The notes below the pieces were generated by a model. The model saw only the letters and a program-made list of their open reading frames with translations. It had not been told where the DNA came from and did not search any database. Both the position numbers and the translations under genes were made by a program. DNA of 64,000 nt from Octopus vulgaris (Eukaryota). Positions within the stretch are counted from its first letter, which is position 1. Every line of letters begins with the position of its first letter. The stretch spans positions 36,270,001 to 36,334,000 of the forward strand of contig OX597835.1 in assembly GCA_951406725.2 (NCBI GenBank). Direction: 5' to 3'. Positions 58,542 to 64,000 of this stretch are shown one piece after another.

Positions 58542-58770
58542 TGTGTGTCTTAGTGTATCTTTGTGTCTGTGTTTGTTCCCCCATCACCGCCTGACAACCT
58601 CTGTTTGTGTGTTTACGTCCCCGTAACTTAACGGTTCGGCAAAAGAGACCGATACAATAAGTACCAGGCTTTATAAAAAATAAACCCTGCGGGGGAGCGA
58701 TTTTTCGACTAAAACCCATTAAGGCGGTGCTCCATCATGGCCGCAGTCAAATGACAGAAACAAGTGAAAG
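58350..58770 (+). mobile_element. SINE family C
   Basis: Collinear with 28231-28625, missing the first ~30 nt. Confidence 0.85.
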
Positions 58771-59154
58771 AGAACAGTGGCAACTGTAATAGCAACAGTA
58801 AATACAACAATAACAAAAAGCAATAAAAATAAATAACAATAATATTAAAAGTAGCTCTAAAAGTACAACAGTAACAATAATTTCATCGTGTTTTTTGGTT
58901 GAACGTCAGCAATTTTAAGTAGAGGTGGGGGAGGTGTCATAACATTGAGCCCCAGTGCTCAGCTGAGGGACCGACAAGATAAGTTACCAGTCTTGAGGTC
59001 GATTCAAATATGAAAGAGACGCAGCGCTAGTGTAATTAACACTATCGAACACATATACTTAACGTCCATCACTCCTGGATTTGAAATTACATTTCATACA
59101 TGCATTGTCTGCGTTTTAACTTTTCATGTACTTGCGTGCATATCATTACGCGTG

Positions 59155-59257
<103 letters not shown>

Positions 59258-59293
59258 ATATATACATATATATATATATGTAAATATACATAC

Positions 59294-59338
<45 letters not shown>

Positions 59339-59515
59339 AACGTATATATATGTGTGTGTATACATACATATCTATAAATATATACATATATATATATGTA
59401 TATATATGTATAAATATGTGTCTATATCTATATCATTTCTCTTTCTCTTTCTCTCACTCCCTATCACTCTCTCACTCTCTCTCTATACATATATATATAT
59501 ATGTATGTATGTATG

Positions 59516-59585
<70 letters not shown>

Positions 59586-59840
59586 TGCATGCGTGTATGC
59601 TCGTGTGCATGTATGTAAATGCCAGTATGCTTCATGTATATGGATGTGCAATGGTGACATAATGCGCATTACGGTTAATCTAGACTGATAAGAGCAATAT
59701 TGTGGGAGATTTATGGCAGACGTTGAAGAGGGTGGCAGGGTAAAGGGCTGAGACGGGTAGGTGTCAGATGTCTGCAACCGCATAGGGTGCAGAGAAGGGG
59801 AGTAGGTTTTTTTTAAATAGACGCTGAAGAGGGGGAAATG

Positions 59841-59896
<56 letters not shown>

Positions 59897-60046
59897 TGTT
59901 GTTGTGTGTTGTGGTCTTGATGATGGTGATGGTGGTATTGGTGGTAGCTGTAGAAATGTTGGTAGTAGTGGTGGTGGTGGTGGTGTTGGTGGTGGTGGTG
60001 GTGGTGGTGGTGATACCAGTAGTAGCGGTAGTAATATTGGTTGTGC

Positions 60047-60133
<87 letters not shown>

Positions 60134-60137
60134 CAGC

Positions 60138-60182
<45 letters not shown>

Positions 60183-60221
60183 GGTGGTGGTGGTGCTCAT
60201 TGTCGTCGTCGTCATGGATAC

Positions 60222-60260
<39 letters not shown>

Positions 60261-60692
60261 AGGAGGAGGTGGTTGTGGTGGTGGTGGTGGTTTGATAATT
60301 GTGTTCGTGTATGCATGTGTGTGTGTGCATCACTAAGAATAAGTGTACATCTGTGTGCTACATGTGTGTATATTGTTGTGTGTGTGTGTACGTATGCATA
60401 TAACAGATTGTGTGTAAGTGTGTACGTGTGCATGTGTGCGTGTGTGCGTGACTGCGTGTGTGTGTGTATGTGTGTGTGTGTGAGTATATAAATGAATGAA
60501 TAAATGAATGTGTGTGTGTGTGTGTTTGTGTGTATTGGAAAGATGGGGAACAATAAAAGGAATGAAGACTTTAAACTGCTTTAACACCCCCGAGTAATGT
60601 TACCGCAAGCTACAGTGCCATCCCACACACCCACACACACACACACACACATACTGTTGATACATGTATATGTGTCTGTGTGTGTATGTATG

Positions 60693-60752
<60 letters not shown>

Positions 60753-60872
60753 GATTCGTTTATACATGTCTTCAAGTATATATATATCCATCATAATTTA
60801 TGCTTATACACATGTATACACACATCTACTCACACACTCGCATACAATCACACACACACACACAAACACACA

Positions 60873-60944
<72 letters not shown>

Positions 60945-61064
60945 ACTTATAAATTTCAATTTCTTTTGCCCCTGTTTATAAGTTGTCTATAGATTCAACC
61001 TTTAAAGGTATTTTTCAATATGCTGGCCACTGATAAATTTTTTCTAAAATTTTATTCTATATTA

Positions 61065-61106
<42 letters not shown>

Positions 61107-61249
61107 GCAATAAAGATTCAAGTTAATTTAAATGAATTTACTTGAATATGGTACCTAACTTAGATGCACCAAAAAAAACTATACTGTTTTAACAATACAG
61201 TAATGTGGGGTGATTATAAGCGAGAAAGAAGCAACAAGAATGGATAGGT

Positions 61250-61340
61250 TTTTAGTACAATCGTTTCATACAAGGACAGGCTTTATTAAAAGTTGCAAAA
61301 ATTACAGCATATAAACGTGTCCCGTACTCATCAGCTAAAA
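61250..61340 (-). ncRNA. Mirror-image hammerhead ribozyme on the other palindrome arm
   Basis: Reverse complement of 61676-61766. Confidence 0.75.
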
Positions 61341-61675
61341 TACATGTGAGTTCTCTAGACATCCTAGTGGTTGAGGCTATACTCATGAAGTAATGTAGAT
61401 AATTAAGTAACATAAACAGATTTCCAAAGTTCATTAAAGTTCTTTAAAGATGATGTACAATCTTATCACAGAATTTTAAAAAGTTTTAATAGCATCACAG
61501 AGAAGGTGACCTTCTCTGTGATGCTATTAAAACTTTTTAAAATTCTGTGATAAGACTGTACATCATCTTTAAAGAACTTTAATGAACTTTGGAAATCTGT
61601 TTATGTTACTTAATTATCTACATTACTTCATGAGTATAGCCTCAACCACTAGGATGTCTAGAGAACTCACATGTA

Positions 61676-61766
61676 TTTTAGCTGATGAGTACGGGACACG
61701 TTTATATGCTGTAATTTTTGCAACTTTTAATAAAGCCTGTCCTTGTATGAAACGATTGTACTAAAA
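61676..61766 (+). ncRNA. Minimal type I hammerhead ribozyme (Penelope-like-element type)
   Basis: Stem I ttttag(61676-81)/ctaaaa(61761-66), CTGATGA 61682-88, stem II gtac.ggac...gtcc..gtat, GAAAC 61749-53, short loop gatt, cleavage triplet GTA 61758-60. Confidence 0.75.
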
Positions 61767-61796
61767 ACCTATCCATTCTTGTTGCTTCTTTCTCGC

Positions 61797-61881
<85 letters not shown>

Positions 61882-61884
<3 letters not shown>

Positions 61885-61998
61885 AGAGTTTACGAAAAAA
61901 ACAAAAGATGAAGACAGGTGGTGTACAAAACAAACAGAAGTATTAGTATAACGCTCAGGAATAGAAAAAGTCTTTTACGTTTCGAGCCTACGCTCTTC

Positions 61999-62000
<2 letters not shown>
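61882..62000 (-). mobile_element. Truncated Penelope-like terminal repeat with partial hammerhead motif
   Basis: Minus strand agaaGAGcgtaggCTC-GAAAC-gtaaaagac. The 5' part of the core is lost in (TA)n. Confidence 0.5.
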
Positions 62001-62034
<34 letters not shown>

Positions 62035-62037
62035 GAC

Positions 62038-62181
62038 AATACCAAACTCATTCCCTATGGATACCGTATTTATTACAACTCGTGGCTTGTAAACGTATCT
62101 AACTCGCTTTCGCTCGTTAGATACGTTTACAAGCCACTCGTTGTAATAAATACGGTATCCATAGGGAATGAGTTTGGTATT
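62038..62181 (-). other. 144-nt terminal hairpin (42-bp + 22-bp stems, two tandem GA mismatches, GCGAAAGC cap on the minus strand)
   Basis: Arms 62038-79/62140-81 and 62082-103/62116-137 are perfectly complementary. The only non-Watson-Crick stem positions are tc/tc on plus, which read ga/ga on minus. Confidence 0.95.
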
Positions 62182-62469
62182 TTATTTATTACACACGAAT
62201 AAACGACCATATTTTATTAATCTAATAATTAAATTCTTCACATCATGTTGAAGCGCGCATGAATACAGCTTGATTTCACGTCAGTGACGTCACAATGTGT
62301 AACTGTAAAAGATGTCATGCCGCAGGAAGATAGTCCGACTTTATTGCGCTAAGTTTTCAGGTGAAATGACTGATAACTGATGACTATTTAACATTTTGTT
62401 AACATTCAAGTTCACGTTCAAGAAATACATAACACAGATTGAATCTTCAATAACTTTAATAATACTCAA

Positions 62470-62791
62470 ACATGATTTCGAGTAGCAATGTCAGTCAGAG
62501 TAGAGCTCAGTAGTCCAGTAAAACCAAAGAAGTTCACATTGAATGTTCCCCCAAATATTGGAGCCGAGAAAATGGAGTGCAATGAACCAAAGCAAGTGAC
62601 AGCGTTCCGAGATTGACTCGACGTAACGTTGACGGTGGAGGGAGTTCACTTGCACTCGCTGCTGCTGTGTGTGACGGAGGTAGAAGCGAACCCGGCTGGT
62701 CGTTGTTGCTACTAAGGATGTTACTGATGGCACGATGACGATCCATGGAAATATTGCTGTAACTATTGATGCTTTGCACATTACGATGTCC
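62470..62791 (-). pseudogene. C-terminal remnant of a Crypton/DUF3504 (KIAA1958-like) tyrosine recombinase
   Basis: GHRNVQSINSYSNISMDRHRAISNILSS: H-x8-Y spacing as in YR box II (His codon 62788-86, Tyr codon 62761-59). It is followed by a low-complexity S/P/A linker and, in a shifted frame, SIFSAPIFGGTFNVNFF. The upstream H-x-x-R motif is absent. Confidence 0.7.
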
Positions 62792-63235
62792 CTGGTATAA
62801 AAAAAGATAGTATGTTTGTTTAATTATATGGCTACATTCTACCTGCTCGTGAAAGTTTAGTTGTAACTTATGAATGACAAAAGTAGTGCCGTCACCGTGA
62901 CCTTGGGTCATCACCATGGATTGACCAATCAGAAGCAGCGCTCGCAGTATCTGACATATGTTAGATACCAAAAATATCTCAAAGTGTTCTCACTCACATG
63001 TGTGTAATAAATATATATATATATTTCAACACGGAGCAAATTATTCATGAGAAAAATAATTCACGTCCAAATACCTGAATGTATGCTGAGAGATTGTCTC
63101 AGTCCGTTTGCCTCCGGACGGTAGATTTCTGTAGTTATTATCAGTATATTTTGGCGATTTAAATGAGAGTTTTGACTGTTATTTCCAGCAGGTAGACATA
63201 CTTAGTATGTCCTTTGATTAATTGTAATCCTTCAG

Positions 63236-63276
<41 letters not shown>

Positions 63277-63313
63277 TATGTACATTTGTGTATGTACATA
63301 CTTACATCTATAC

Positions 63314-63351
<38 letters not shown>

Positions 63352-63459
63352 GCACAGTACAAAGTACACACACTGAGTGGGCCGTGTCTCAACCCCAATA
63401 GAGAAAATGAAGGTCTCCATACTCTCTCGACCAGTTAGAAATAGCAGTTAACTCTCTCG

Positions 63460-63531
63460 TACGCAGTGGGACTGAACCCGGAACCTTGTGGTTGGTACGC
63501 AAGCTACTTACCACACAGCCACTCCTGCGCC
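63460..63531 (-). mobile_element. SINE family C head fragment
   Basis: Reverse complement ggcgcaggagtggctgtgtggtaagtagcttgc...ccgggttcagtcccactgcgt. Confidence 0.8.
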
Positions 63532-64000
63532 TTGCTTATAATTTCAGCAAATGCTCTTCGCTGATCAGTGCTGATGTATGCTAACCGATAATACATCGTC
63601 GACGATTTATTGATAAACATAAAACAAAAGAAAAAATCGAAATAAGCACTTCGTCAACAATTATAAGGAAAATTATATTATACCACACGATTTAACCGAA
63701 AACGAAACAAAAAATTATCAAGCTGATAAAGCAAAGCAATGGACAAACACAAGAAACAATTCACATTCATGTTATCATATATAAAGTCGTAGCTGTAACT
63801 GTTCTCGCTTGAAGATCACGGTTGCAAGAAACTCGAGCCACGAGGAAAACATTCCATGTTAAGCATACATGTGTGTGTGTGTATATTTGAGTACGTATTA
63901 ATGCATGTCAATATAATTACAAACAACAAAGATTTACACAAACTTGCAGCAAATCATATCATTTGGTATAACAAGAACAGATTCTTCGTATTCGACACCA

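Larger units (their letters stand above)
61220..61796. repeat. 577-bp near-perfect palindrome (288-bp arms, 1-nt centre at 61508)
   Basis: Centre cacagagaaggt-g-accttctctgtg. The ORF track shows an identical 60-aa ORF on both strands. One arm mismatch seen by eye (gtacaatc vs gactgtac). Confidence 0.97.
62038..63013 (-). mobile_element. Non-autonomous tyrosine-recombinase (Crypton/DUF3504-like) element
   Basis: Terminal hairpin, 14-bp inverted repeat tatttattacacac (62183-96) / gtgtgtaataaata (63000-13), a YR C-terminal remnant, and (TA)n on both flanks. Confidence 0.65.

Noticed and set aside
61252-61764. Two identical 60-aa ORFs on opposite strands as a duplicated gene
   Set aside because: A by-product of the palindrome. 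The peptide has no recognisable motif and overlaps the hammerhead core.
62038-62181. Hairpin as a pre-miRNA or a true bacterial integron attC site
   Set aside because: The stem is too long and too perfect for a typical pre-miRNA. The RYYYAAC/GTTRRRY-like motifs are at the apex rather than the base, and there are no single extrahelical bases, so attC is only an analogy.
62534-62971. 145-aa ORF as an intact gene
   Set aside because: Only the part from GHRNVQ onward looks like a recombinase. The upstream part lacks the H-x-x-R motif and overlaps the terminal motifs and a CCAAT box. A GT..AG segment at ~62842-62792 could be an intron, but splicing it out does not restore the missing motifs.

Overview
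This is AT-rich animal genomic DNA, very dense in microsatellites. The repeat landscape looks like a coleoid cephalopod, probably Octopus (inference from repeat content only). I cannot support any host protein-coding gene: nearly all listed ORFs are translated simple repeats, so the window is probably intronic or intergenic. It holds many transposable-element relics: four tRNA-derived SINE families, RTE, Dong/R4 and Tx1/L1 LINE fragments, several Tc1/mariner relics, a hAT-like MITE, and Penelope-like fragments with hammerhead-ribozyme motifs. The most unusual part is 61.2-63.0 kb. First, a 577-bp near-perfect palindrome with a 1-nt centre carries an apparently intact minimal hammerhead ribozyme on each strand. 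Second, a ~1-kb element holds the catalytic C-terminus (GH-x8-Y) of a Crypton/DUF3504-type tyrosine recombinase. That element ends in a 144-nt hairpin that folds fully on only one strand (tandem G.A pairs, GCGAAAGC cap), and its sequence motifs recur at the element's other end.
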